The notes under the pieces were generated by a model. That model saw only the letters and a list, made by a program, of their open reading frames with translations, searched no databases and was not told the DNA's origin. A DNA stretch of 58,970 nucleotides, from NCBI GenBank assembly GCA_025363675.1, contig JANYDJ010000160.1, forward strand, positions 1 to 58,970. The letters run 5' to 3'. The stretch is from Flavobacteriaceae bacterium (GTDB lineage: Bacteria > Bacteroidota > Bacteroidia > UKL13-3). Made by a program: the position numbers and the translations under genes. Positions 46,901-55,037 of this stretch are shown here, piece after piece (position 1 is the stretch's first letter; each line of letters opens with the position of its first letter).

Positions 46901-46935
46901 ATAGCTGATAGTAGAAGTTTGTATATTTTTTTCAT
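40960..46935 (-). CDS. Giant (1991 aa) parallel beta-helix-type surface protein with T9SS C-terminal sorting domain
   Basis: It has signal peptide MKKIYKLLLSAIIVFHTAFAVQAQ and hundreds of Gly/Asn/Thr/Ser-rich short repeats (N-x-I-x-N/G type). The C-terminus is ITVFPQPASNMLTL...TITDLSGRTVYQ...LPSGIYIMQA...KISISR. Confidence 0.9.
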   Translation of the reverse strand: MKKIYKLLLSAIIVFHTAFAVQAQISVSGSSSCNTTYTTLKAACDCVNTNSQSGNNISISVTGNTTEAATISITGAAGMWTRLTISPSGGSARSITASSLNAPLIQINGGDKVVIDGLNTGGNKLTIDNPSTGTSATAFTFSNDATYDTIRNTTIKGSCTNTAGTGVVTFDQGSGSTGNDYCYISSCKIGPSGSNLPVCCITAVNSTTTTDYVSIVNSEIFDYFSAGSDQAGIYLYTNGSASTWTFNGNSFYQTSSRSLSGASNEVSSIRINGSASGNGFIISNNYVGGTSASCGGSACTYTGSGVLRGFRLSVATGTNTSIQGNVIKNISFTSSSASTTQSAMSLVAGAFDVGTTTGNNIGEYYTTNSLSMSLSNVSAVFSAIAFSTGTTLGNSTIQYNTISGISLTSSTGILKGVWLQGSSGVMTVSDNIFGGATLSNAINSAANNATYGIHATNSASGQHTIYNNYMYGITNSNTGISNILTGILISGSGSYSVKNNIVETFYCSSRSTGTGALAALIGISAINTGNNDTISGNAIHDLYESAPSQAISVAGIYCNFNTATGCAVAKNNIYSFSIVSTSTTATVTGISAAGGTTNYYYNVVQMGKLPSGLDVGLNCILYGINESAGTNNFYHHTVWVGGSVSVSSSAVTYAFISSVTVNTRAVKNNIFVNSRSNGLGGSGVHTVCRISGTNPTGLTSDYNIYYSSSVASGGQLFMASTNAYTTIKAFREVMYNNTTPIINDLHSGVGDPDLVSPDNGSCCVDMHIQSTTSAEAMGVALGISTVDFEEELLSANTPTDIGADAGTYSFGTSDDIYVPNFSFTNFVSTSLTSNRTLAVAITDQGNGIVMNPGGNAPRIWWRRSYPSTSSWFSKVGTFVSGNANNAIYNFTIDYAGNSITPAVGDSFAYYIVAMDSISGNVWYSSFYGASHSNPTSQTTAPSKYTAYKIVSGISGNYNIGTGQTYTTLTGASGFFNFVNNNAVSGNVTATVISDLSEDGTNAINQFIDDGNNTYTLTIQSDGTLRTIANSANLANKMIRIDGADRVIIDGGNKKLKFRNTHSTASSAHATIMFTNGATADTLRNCIIECNTTQANNAIVYADVSGTNRVYISSNQMRSPTGGTTNFPSYGFLQRGASYVNLANNEIFNWTTAGIYYSGTTTGNVISGNSIYDTATLVGATLYGIQLDDADSFVISGNYIGGGAASCGGSALTLSNTSANFYGIYYNSGIDTNNYCYTYNNTIQNINMNGAGATPIFIGINAAAGKHIIGNSLGNGNTIGHATTANSITVGGSSSSTTSQFVAINYSSVVNQNISISSNTIANILVPSTSSTANPYFKALANVSATHNGSSNDSIYNNIIHDISSPTTYNGIQYNLTAMNVSAPNHNQLINGNTIYAIRGTATGTNQLRVCGVYLSNTGGTSKIIKNRIYDISNAVTATTGAEATAMVLQTSGTKETYNNQIYLDNSAASGGYSQLGGIYDINTSPGTSVIYYNSVVIAGTRAGGTNVDFCYRDNGYGNGVTVKNNLFYYSRGNGLSIYHGASTNLLNSDHNFFVYSGTNKFLYNAINYTTFSSYITSTYLDLNSWATSSANVPVDSLFTNATSGILSIKVSSTHCWFVNGKGIAGSASGNINSDFTGDARGIIYGYGTDIGSDEFTPTATPPTATANGSPALNTTTTYIWGDDTIATLSWGGTGTVPSSVDVKYYTGVTPPNNTQNGTRPNAKYMNCFWQLLPTGGSGFTYNIKLYYDSALIGSVKYNSERRLLMAKKNDSPTAPWVLQKNTGTCDSIRNYIAAGPFNSFSVFAASDSGDANFEALPVEWLSISGRKVNKEIFLNWECVLSADEHEFIVEQSSDGSHFSPIEQQAVIHALKYTNKYNYNYILSSELLQQNGLYYRIKAHNYNEEIYSTICYINFNEQKPITVFPQPASNMLTLTMPTSAAALVTITDLSGRTVYQMNHYGSSQIDVSLLPSGIYIMQAPQLGKPIKISISR

Positions 46936-47192
46936 AACGTTTTCTGGTTTTATAATTTATATATATATCAACCATGTTGGTTTTGATAATGGCTTAAACT
47001 TGATATTGCATTATATTTGTTTGCCTCATTTATTTATGTACAAATATAAGCGAAGCAGTTTCTTTTACCAATTTTTTTCTAACTTGGCAACATTCAAATC
47101 AATCCGCACATTTGTCACCCAACATGCTTGGGGCAAAACATTTGTTACCTAATTTCGCGGTTTAAAGATTACATCCAAAGAAATTAAAATAT

Positions 47193-50100
47193 ATGCTAGG
47201 TTCGTTAGTTAAAGGATTATCAACGTTGTTCGGCGGTTCAAAGGCCGATCGTGATATGAAAGAGTTCTCCCCGCGGGTAGAAGACATCAACAAACATTTT
47301 GAAAGCTATCAATCCCTATCCGACCAAGGACTAAGGGACAAAACTTTAGAACTCAAAGCTCGAATAGCGGAGTTTCTCAAAGAAATTGACGATGAAATAG
47401 GCGAGCTTGAATCTAACCTACAAGCTACTATTGGTGGCGATATAGGCGAGCGTGACGATATTTTTAAAGCTATCGACAAACTTAAAAAAGACCGCGACGT
47501 AGAGCTCGAAAAAATTCTGGATGTGATACTTCCCGAAGCATTTGCCGTAGTAAAAGATACCGCCCGACGCCTCACCGAAAACAAAGGCATGCGTGTGCCC
47601 GCTACACAAATGGACCGCGAGCTCGCTATCGATTATGATTTTGTAGATATTGAAGGCGATACCGCTATCTATAAAAACCTATGGTCAGCTGCGGGCATTG
47701 AGATTATCTGGAACATGATACACTATGATGTGCAGTTGATTGGTGGTATGGTATTGCACAAAGGAAAAATTGCGGAGATGGCCACTGGTGAAGGAAAAAC
47801 ATTGGTATCCACTTTACCTGCATACCTTAATGCACTAAGCGGACAAGGCGTACACGTAGTAACGGTGAACGATTACCTAGCCCGACGTGACTGCGAGTGG
47901 AATGGTCCTATTTTCCAGTTCCACGGACTGAGTGTTGATTGTATCGATTTCCATGAACCCAATGGCGATGAGCGTCGCAGAGCTTATGCTTGCGATATTG
48001 TATATGGTACCAATAACGAGTTTGGATTCGATTACTTGCGTGACAACATGGCACGCTCAACCGACGACCTGGTTCAACGCAAACATCATTTTGCCATGGT
48101 GGATGAGGTTGACTCCGTTTTGATTGACGATGCCCGAACTCCTTTAATTATTTCTGGCCCAGTGCCCAAAGGCGACGAGCAAGAATATTTTGCTTTGAAA
48201 CCACGTATTGAAAGATTGGTTGAAGCTCAAAAAAAATATATAAATACCGCTTTTAATGATGCTAAAAAATTAATTGCTGAAGGAAAAGAGGAAGAAGGCG
48301 GAAAATTATTATTGCGTTCGCATCGTGGCTTGCCCAAAAATAAAAATATCATTAAATATTTGGGCGAACCCGGAATGAAACAATTCCTTACCAAAATAGA
48401 AAATGTATATTTGGCCGATCAACAAAAACGGATGAACGAAATTGATGAAACTTTATACTTTGTGATAGATGAAAAAAGCAACAGTGTAGAGCTCAAAGAA
48501 AAAGGTGTTGAAATGATTACCGGTGCGGGCGATGATCCCCACTTTTTTATTATGCCCGATGTTGGTGCCTCAATTGCCGAAATAGAAAAATCTGCGGGAA
48601 CTGATGAAGAACGCAAGGCTCGTAAAGAAAATTTGATGCGTGATTTTGCCATTAAATCGGATAGAATACATTCGATAAATCAATTATTAAAAGCATATAC
48701 TTTATTCGAGCGTGATGTTGAATATATAATAGATGGTGGCAAAATAAAAATTGTGGATGAACAAACAGGCCGTGTGCTCGATGGGCGTAGATATTCAGAT
48801 GGTTTACATCAATCTATCGAAGCCAAAGAAAATGTGAAAGTAGAAGCTGCCACGCAAACTTATGCAACGGTTACCTTGCAAAATTATTTCCGTATGTATC
48901 ATAAACTTTGTGGTATGACCGGTACTGCCGAAACAGAAGCTGGAGAGTTGTGGTCGATATATAAATTGGATGTGGTGGTGATACCTACCAACCGCGGTAT
49001 GATAAGAAAAGATTTGAACGATGTAATATATAAAACCACCCGTGAAAAATATAATGGAGCCATCGATGAAATAGTAAAACTACAAAACGAGGGAAGACCT
49101 GTACTTGTAGGTACCACATCGGTTGAGGTTTCTGAGTTATTGAGCCGGATGATGTCGTTACGCAAAATTAAACACAATGTACTGAATGCAAAACAACATC
49201 AACGTGAAGCCGAAGTGGTAGCCGAAGCAGGTATGGCGGGTACCGTTACTATATCAACAAATATGGCTGGTCGTGGTACTGATATTAAACTGGGGCCCGG
49301 CGTAAAAGAAGCTGGTGGCTTGGCTATTCTAGGTACTGAGCGTCACGAAAGTCGCCGTGTGGATAGGCAGTTGCGGGGGCGTGCAGGTAGGCAGGGAGAT
49401 CCGGGTTCATCACGTTTTTATGTATCACTAGAAGATAATTTGATGCGTTTGTTTGGGTCAGATAGAATAGCTGCTATTATGGACAGAATGGGTATGAAAG
49501 AAGGTGATGTGATAGAACATTCTATGATATCAAAATCCATAGAACGTGCTCAGAAAAAAGTAGAGCAAAATAACTTTGGTACCCGTAAAAGATTATTAGA
49601 GTTTGATGATGTAATGAATGCACAACGCGAAGTTATATATAATAAACGCCGCAATGCTTTGTGGGGTGATAAATTGGCGATGGACTTAAATAATATGCTA
49701 TATGATTTTGTAGATGAGCAGGTAAAAGAATATAAAGACGATGCTGATTTAGAAGGATTTAAATTGGAATTTTTGAGAAGCCTCGCATGGGAACCCGCAG
49801 TAGATGCAGGCATGTTCAAATCCATGAACGAAGAAGCTTTGACCGAAGAAATATTTGCACAAGCCAATGCTTATTATAAAGAAAAAGGTGAAACCACGGC
49901 AAGTAATTCTGTACCCGTATTAAAAAATATACAACAGGAAAAAGGCGACCAAATACAATATTTAGGCGTACCATTTACCGATGGTTTGCACAATATGAAT
50001 GTTACAGTCGATTTTAATAAAGCTATAGAAACATCGGGAAAAGAAATAGTATATACTTTTGAAAAGCTGATGGTACTGAACCAAATTGACGAAGAGTGGA

Positions 50101-50507
50101 AAGAACATCTTCGTGAAATGGACGAATTAAAAACAGCAGTATATAATGCCCAGCTTGAGCAAAAAGATCCATTGCTTATCTATAAACTGGAATCGTTTAA
50201 TTTATTCAAATCTATGTTGTCACGTATTAATCGTGATGTGTTGGGCGTATTGTTTAAAAGCCAAGTAGAAGGTCAAACGCAGGTGCGTGAGCAAAAACAA
50301 ATTACCCGTACCCCACAACCTAAATTACAAACGAGCCGTACCGATAACATCAGTGCTACGGGAAATATACAACCCAATTACCAAACCAATGAAGAGGCAC
50401 CTGCAAAACCACAACAAATAAAAGGTGTGATAAAAGTAGGACGCAATGATCCTTGTCCTTGTGGTAGTGGTAAGAAGTTTAAGCAGTGTCATGGGAAAGA
50501 TGAGTAA
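47193..50507 (+). CDS. secA: Preprotein translocase ATPase SecA
   Basis: 1104 aa with MATGEGKTLV, VDEVDSVLIDDARTPLIISG, TNMAGRGTDI and the C-terminal zinc motif CPCGSGKKFKQCHG. Confidence 0.98.
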   Translation: MLGSLVKGLSTLFGGSKADRDMKEFSPRVEDINKHFESYQSLSDQGLRDKTLELKARIAEFLKEIDDEIGELESNLQATIGGDIGERDDIFKAIDKLKKDRDVELEKILDVILPEAFAVVKDTARRLTENKGMRVPATQMDRELAIDYDFVDIEGDTAIYKNLWSAAGIEIIWNMIHYDVQLIGGMVLHKGKIAEMATGEGKTLVSTLPAYLNALSGQGVHVVTVNDYLARRDCEWNGPIFQFHGLSVDCIDFHEPNGDERRRAYACDIVYGTNNEFGFDYLRDNMARSTDDLVQRKHHFAMVDEVDSVLIDDARTPLIISGPVPKGDEQEYFALKPRIERLVEAQKKYINTAFNDAKKLIAEGKEEEGGKLLLRSHRGLPKNKNIIKYLGEPGMKQFLTKIENVYLADQQKRMNEIDETLYFVIDEKSNSVELKEKGVEMITGAGDDPHFFIMPDVGASIAEIEKSAGTDEERKARKENLMRDFAIKSDRIHSINQLLKAYTLFERDVEYIIDGGKIKIVDEQTGRVLDGRRYSDGLHQSIEAKENVKVEAATQTYATVTLQNYFRMYHKLCGMTGTAETEAGELWSIYKLDVVVIPTNRGMIRKDLNDVIYKTTREKYNGAIDEIVKLQNEGRPVLVGTTSVEVSELLSRMMSLRKIKHNVLNAKQHQREAEVVAEAGMAGTVTISTNMAGRGTDIKLGPGVKEAGGLAILGTERHESRRVDRQLRGRAGRQGDPGSSRFYVSLEDNLMRLFGSDRIAAIMDRMGMKEGDVIEHSMISKSIERAQKKVEQNNFGTRKRLLEFDDVMNAQREVIYNKRRNALWGDKLAMDLNNMLYDFVDEQVKEYKDDADLEGFKLEFLRSLAWEPAVDAGMFKSMNEEALTEEIFAQANAYYKEKGETTASNSVPVLKNIQQEKGDQIQYLGVPFTDGLHNMNVTVDFNKAIETSGKEIVYTFEKLMVLNQIDEEWKEHLREMDELKTAVYNAQLEQKDPLLIYKLESFNLFKSMLSRINRDVLGVLFKSQVEGQTQVREQKQITRTPQPKLQTSRTDNISATGNIQPNYQTNEEAPAKPQQIKGVIKVGRNDPCPCGSGKKFKQCHGKDE

Positions 50508-50551
50508 GAAAGCAATAAATCAATTATATTTGCCAATAATAATAATAATAA

Positions 50552-51700
50552 ATGTTAAACTCATTAGACATAAAGAATTACAGAAATCTAAAAAATTTAA
50601 GAATAGATTCCTTAGGAAGGGTAAATCTTATTACTGGTAAAAATAATACTGGTAAATCTACTATTTTAGAAGCAATTGCAATTTATGCAACAAAAGGAGA
50701 TTTAAATCAAATTTATCAGTTACTAGAAGAAAGAGGAGAAAATTTCAAGCATACAGAAGTGGGTAGGCATAGAGAAGGAAATAAGAACACAACAGAGTAC
50801 AACATAAGAACTTTTTCTTCTTTATTTACAAATAGAACGGTCAGTTTTGACCAAGAAGGTATCATATCAATTGGTATTATTGAAAATACGCTTTTTGGAG
50901 AAGAAAAATCTACAGAGGAATCAGTTTCTCTCCGCTTTGTATTATATCATGAAGAAATACAAAAAGACGATCATGGAGTTATGATTAGTAGAAGAAGGAT
51001 TGTTTTAGAAAATGCGATAGACAAACAAATAAGTTATAAAGTGGGAGTAGAGATAAGAGTGGGCAATAGTTCTTTTATTTTACCGCTTGATGAGGATAGG
51101 CCTTATAGATTGGGTTATAGAGGATTGGAGAAAAATGAAAATTTTCAATTTATTCGTACTAGTAATATAGATAAAGAAATAAATGGTAAACTATGGGATC
51201 TTGTAACTTTAACAGAAAAAGAACAATATGTTGTCGATGCATTAAAAATTATTGAACCCTTTACCGAAAGGATTGCATTTATTGAAGAAAACTCGCGAGA
51301 AAGGACAGCTGTTATAAAACTATCAAATTCGCCAATTGTCTTACCATTACTTAGTATGGGTGATGGCATTAATCGAATTTTGACCATTATACTTGCTTTA
51401 GTAAATTCAGACAATGGCTTTTTACTTATTGATGAATTTGAGAATGGTCTTCATTATACAGTACAAGAACAACTTTGGGACATTGTTTTCAATTTAGCTC
51501 AGAAATTAAATGTTCAAGTATTTGTTACGACTCACAGTGAAGATTGCATATCTGGTTTTCAAAATATTTTAAATCGAAAGGACAATTTAGTGGATGGAAA
51601 ACTGATTAGACTTGATAATAAAGAAGGGATTATTAAGCAAGTAGAGTTTGATAAGGAAGAATTAAAAATAGCTGCTGACCGAAATATTGAAATTCGATAA
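50552..51700 (+). CDS. ABC/AAA_21-type ATPase (OLD/AriA/AbiLi-like)
   Basis: 382 aa. Motifs are Walker A GKNNTGKST, signature-like LSMGDGINR, Walker B FLLIDEFENGLH and H-loop VTTHSEDC, with a long insertion between Walker A and the signature. The local sequence is AT-rich. Confidence 0.85.
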   Translation: MLNSLDIKNYRNLKNLRIDSLGRVNLITGKNNTGKSTILEAIAIYATKGDLNQIYQLLEERGENFKHTEVGRHREGNKNTTEYNIRTFSSLFTNRTVSFDQEGIISIGIIENTLFGEEKSTEESVSLRFVLYHEEIQKDDHGVMISRRRIVLENAIDKQISYKVGVEIRVGNSSFILPLDEDRPYRLGYRGLEKNENFQFIRTSNIDKEINGKLWDLVTLTEKEQYVVDALKIIEPFTERIAFIEENSRERTAVIKLSNSPIVLPLLSMGDGINRILTIILALVNSDNGFLLIDEFENGLHYTVQEQLWDIVFNLAQKLNVQVFVTTHSEDCISGFQNILNRKDNLVDGKLIRLDNKEGIIKQVEFDKEELKIAADRNIEIR

Positions 51701-52329
51701 TGTGGGTAAAAGAGAAGTTCAATAAAAAGTTACTAGTAGAGGGAAATGATGACCAACATGTAGTATGGGCATTATGTTTAAAATTTAATATTCCTGAAAC
51801 ATTTGATGTGTTGGAATGTGGGAGCGATAATCAACTTATTCAAGAAATTTCAATAAGATTTAAGCAATCGGAGGTTAATACGGTAGGAATTATTATTGAT
51901 GCTGATACAGATATAAGTAATCGATGGAACTCATTAAAGCAATTGCTAACTACGCTGGGATTTCCTGCACCAAATAATTTATCCAAGGAAGGATTAATAT
52001 TAAAAGATGGAAACAATAAAACTATAGGAGTTTGGATTATGCCAAACAATAATTTGAATGGAATGCTTGAGGATTTCATTTCATTTCTTGTACCAAATGA
52101 TGATCAACTTTTACCAATTGTAAATACAACACTCGATAGTATAGAAGAAAGAGGATTGAATAAATATTTAACTATACATAGATCAAAAGCTGCTATCCAT
52201 TCTTGGCTTGCATGGCAAGAAGACCCAGGCACTCCAATGGGATTAGGTATAACAAAACGGTATCTTACAACTGATCAAGAAACGTGTTCACATTTGATAG
52301 AATGGCTTAAGAAACTATTCAGCGAATAA
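51700..52329 (+). CDS. Small TOPRIM-like protein, partner of the upstream ATPase
   Basis: 209 aa. Its ATG overlaps the upstream TAA by 1 nt (TAATG). LLVEGNDDQHVV supplies a conserved Glu and GIIIDADTD supplies DxD about 53 residues later, which is the TOPRIM pattern. Confidence 0.75.
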   Translation: MWVKEKFNKKLLVEGNDDQHVVWALCLKFNIPETFDVLECGSDNQLIQEISIRFKQSEVNTVGIIIDADTDISNRWNSLKQLLTTLGFPAPNNLSKEGLILKDGNNKTIGVWIMPNNNLNGMLEDFISFLVPNDDQLLPIVNTTLDSIEERGLNKYLTIHRSKAAIHSWLAWQEDPGTPMGLGITKRYLTTDQETCSHLIEWLKKLFSE

Positions 52330-52395
52330 GTCAAATGCATATTATTACTTTATTCAAAAGGTGATAATTATTTTAAAGACAGATTAAACAACCAC

Positions 52396-53229
52396 ATGCA
52401 AATCTTCACCCATAAAAAAGACCTTCAAGAATATTTAAGGAAATGGTTTTCGGGGAACACTATAGGTTTTGTTCCTACCATGGGAGCTTTGCATGCAGGG
52501 CATTTATCATTAATTGAACAATCGAAAAAAAAGTGTGGTGTTACAGTATGTAGCATCTTTGTAAACCCCACGCAGTTCAATGACCCCGCTGATTTAGCCA
52601 AGTATTCAAGACCCATCGAAAATGATATACAATTACTTGAACAAGCAGGTTGCGATATAGTATATAATCCCGATACAAATGATGTATATGATGGTGAACC
52701 AAGTATTATACAAATTGATTTGGGTGGACTGGATAAAGTATTTGAAGGAGCCCAACGACCTGGGCATTTTGATGGGGTAGTTTCCGTTGTAAAAAAATTA
52801 TTTGAAGCCGTAAAACCTACCGATGTTTTCTTCGGGCAAAAAGATTATCAGCAAACTTTGGTGGTGAGAAAAATGATTCGGCAGGAGGATATGTCCATTA
52901 AATTTTATACTTGTCCTACCACACGAGAAGCTGATGGATTGGCCATGAGCAGCCGCAATGCGAGGCTTACTATAGAAGAAAGAGCACAGGCAACTAATAT
53001 ATATAAAGTACTAAAACAAGCTGCCTTAAAACAAGGATTATATACACCTACCCAAGTAGAAGAATATATGCATACTGAACTTAAGAAAAATAGTTTAATG
53101 CAAATAGAATATGCATCTATTGTTGATCCCACAGATTTAAAACCTATTATAGATTGGCAACATGGAGCAGTAATATTGGTGGCAGTAAAAATGCCTTCCA
53201 CCCGTTTAATAGATAATGTAGTATTATAA
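52396..53229 (+). CDS. panC: Pantoate--beta-alanine ligase
   Basis: 277 aa with GFVPTMGALHAGHLSL, FVNPTQF and GHFDGV. Confidence 0.96.
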   Translation: MQIFTHKKDLQEYLRKWFSGNTIGFVPTMGALHAGHLSLIEQSKKKCGVTVCSIFVNPTQFNDPADLAKYSRPIENDIQLLEQAGCDIVYNPDTNDVYDGEPSIIQIDLGGLDKVFEGAQRPGHFDGVVSVVKKLFEAVKPTDVFFGQKDYQQTLVVRKMIRQEDMSIKFYTCPTTREADGLAMSSRNARLTIEERAQATNIYKVLKQAALKQGLYTPTQVEEYMHTELKKNSLMQIEYASIVDPTDLKPIIDWQHGAVILVAVKMPSTRLIDNVVL

Positions 53230-53242
53230 TATATATAGTAGA

Positions 53243-53274
53243 ATTGTAATGCTGAGCGTAGTCGAAGCATGATT
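53243..53274. repeat. Single copy of the GAGCGTAGTCGA-loop hairpin repeat (panC-kdsB spacer)
   Basis: ATTGTA-ATGCT-GAGCGTAGTCGA-AGCAT-GATT. It has the same plus-strand orientation as the nuo copies although the flanking genes are on the opposite strand. Confidence 0.8.
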
Positions 53275-53291
53275 ATAGAAACAAATAATAT

Positions 53292-54020
53292 ATGAAAGTA
53301 ACTATTATAATACCTGCACGCTACGCATCTACCCGTTTCCCAGGTAAACCTTTAGTTGATCTTGGTGGTAAATCGATGTTGATGCGTGTATATGAGCAAG
53401 CGGGCAAGGCAAAAGGAATTTCTGATATTATTATAGCAACGGATGATACTAAAATACAAGAACATTGTATCAATCACGGAGCCAAAGTTTGCATGACAAG
53501 CACTGATCACCAAACGGGCACAGACCGCTGTGTGGAAGTGATTGAAGGATTTAGCACCAAACCAGATATTATAATAAATGTACAAGGTGACGAACCTTTT
53601 ATACAGCCACAGCAAATAGAACAGTTAATCAATTTATTGCAACAACAACATATACAAATTGCCACGCTTTGCAAAAAAATTGATGCGGTAGAAGATATCA
53701 TAAATCCGAATATTGTTAAAGTTGTAAAATCTACAAAAGATAAGGCATTGTATTTTTCGCGTCAGGCAATTCCTTATTATAGAGATAAACAAATTTCAGA
53801 AATATATTATAAACATTTGGGCATCTATGGTTTCAAAACCGAAACATTTTTACAACTCGCCAAACTTCCGCAAAGCCCACTGGAAAAGGCCGAGAACTTG
53901 GAACAACTTAGATGGTTGGATAATGGTTATGCTATATATTTAGCCGAAACCGATTTCCAAAGTGTGGCGATTGATACACCGGAGGATGTGCAGAAGGCTT
54001 TGGATTTTTTGGGTTTGTAA
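53292..54020 (+). CDS. kdsB: 3-deoxy-manno-octulosonate cytidylyltransferase
   Basis: 242 aa with IIIPARYASTRFPGKPL and NVQGDEP. Confidence 0.95.
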   Translation: MKVTIIIPARYASTRFPGKPLVDLGGKSMLMRVYEQAGKAKGISDIIIATDDTKIQEHCINHGAKVCMTSTDHQTGTDRCVEVIEGFSTKPDIIINVQGDEPFIQPQQIEQLINLLQQQHIQIATLCKKIDAVEDIINPNIVKVVKSTKDKALYFSRQAIPYYRDKQISEIYYKHLGIYGFKTETFLQLAKLPQSPLEKAENLEQLRWLDNGYAIYLAETDFQSVAIDTPEDVQKALDFLGL

Positions 54021-54081
54021 TTCTAGGTTAGCTAAAAGAGACATTAAAAGGAAGATTTGTTTTCACTAGGGAAATCCCTAG

Positions 54082-54112
54082 TTGCATCAATACATTTTTA
54101 TACTTAAGTTTG
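54082..54112 (+). promoter_or_regulatory. Candidate Bacteroidota promoter (TTG ... TAAGTTTG)
   Basis: TAAGTTTG (TAnnTTTG) is at 54105-54112, 23 nt before the ATG at 54135. TTG is at 54082-54084, 20 nt upstream of the -7 box. Confidence 0.4.
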
Positions 54113-54134
54113 ACCCCTAAAATTATAAAAATAT

Positions 54135-55031
54135 ATGAAAAAGTTAATTTACATTACACTTGTGCTGCTTATCTTGTTCACCAGTAAAATGCATGCACAA
54201 TCGCAAACAATTGTAACCAAAAAATGGTCAAGCTGTATCGGGAATCCAGACACAGTGAATTGGGCGTCATCAACTTTCGATTCTTATGGCTGTTTAACAG
54301 TTACTGGCAGTAAAAAGGTTGGCTCAGGTAATACCGATGTATTTGTTGTGAAATATGATTTAAGTGGCAATATAATGTGGCAAAAAACATATAACGGGAC
54401 TTCCAACTCGCTTGACTATGGTGTTGCGATTGCAGCAGGTACAAATGGGGATATATATATTGCTGCTGCAACCACGAACGCCGGTAGTGGTTTGGATATG
54501 TCTATTTTAAAATATAGTAATACAGGAACTTTAACATGGTCAGTAAATTGGAGCGGTGCAGGCAGTTTTAATGATGCACCTTCGTGTATTGCCTTGAATG
54601 GTACGGGTGATATTTTTATTGCAGGCACTACATACTCAGCCACAAGTTTATATAATTATGCATTGATAAAATACAACAGTAGCAGTACCAAACTTTGGCA
54701 AAGTACTTACGATTATACTTCAAAAAATGATTTTGCAACAGCTATGGTAGTAAATTCCAGCAATGATGTGATTGTAACTGGAAGTTCCGCAGCTACTACA
54801 ACCAATTCCGATTTTACCACCTTGAAATACGCAGGAACTAATGGAGCATTGTTAAATACGAAAAGGATAAATATAGCAGGGCACGGCCAAGATGTTGCTG
54901 CAGCTATTGCCAAAGATGATTCAGACAATATAATAATAACAGGATATACTTATGCAAACTCAAACTTCGATATACAAACAGCCAAACTAAGCTCAACACT
55001 AGTATCAAAATGGACAAAAACATTATCTTGA
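54135..55031 (+). CDS. N-terminal fragment: signal peptide + SBBP/NHL-like beta-propeller repeats, terminated by in-frame TGA
   Basis: 298 aa with signal peptide MKKLIYITLVLLILFTSKMHAQ. About 35-aa repeats (W..TY.G....D.a.aia....G.IyitG.t) continue uninterrupted into the next ORF, which is in the same frame. Confidence 0.8.
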   Translation: MKKLIYITLVLLILFTSKMHAQSQTIVTKKWSSCIGNPDTVNWASSTFDSYGCLTVTGSKKVGSGNTDVFVVKYDLSGNIMWQKTYNGTSNSLDYGVAIAAGTNGDIYIAAATTNAGSGLDMSILKYSNTGTLTWSVNWSGAGSFNDAPSCIALNGTGDIFIAGTTYSATSLYNYALIKYNSSSTKLWQSTYDYTSKNDFATAMVVNSSNDVIVTGSSAATTTNSDFTTLKYAGTNGALLNTKRINIAGHGQDVAAAIAKDDSDNIIITGYTYANSNFDIQTAKLSSTLVSKWTKTLS

Positions 55032-55037
55032 CAAGGT

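Noticed and set aside
50532-50551. (AAT)n microsatellite-like tract and possible direct repeats flanking the ATPase/TOPRIM pair as insertion scars.
   Set aside because: I found no matching direct or inverted repeats at the two borders (50508-50551 versus 52330-52395). The AAT run is short and consistent with AT-rich intergenic composition.
55029-55031. TGA recoding as an explanation for the in-frame stop in the S8 peptidase gene: genetic code 4 or 25, or selenocysteine.
   Set aside because: TGA terminates the radical SAM gene (23915-23917) and the CPBP gene (33125-33127), and clearly non-coding repeat or intergenic DNA follows each. I see no SECIS-like hairpin immediately 3' of the TGA. A secreted serine protease is also an implausible selenoprotein. 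Nonsense mutation, read-through or sequencing error remain as explanations.
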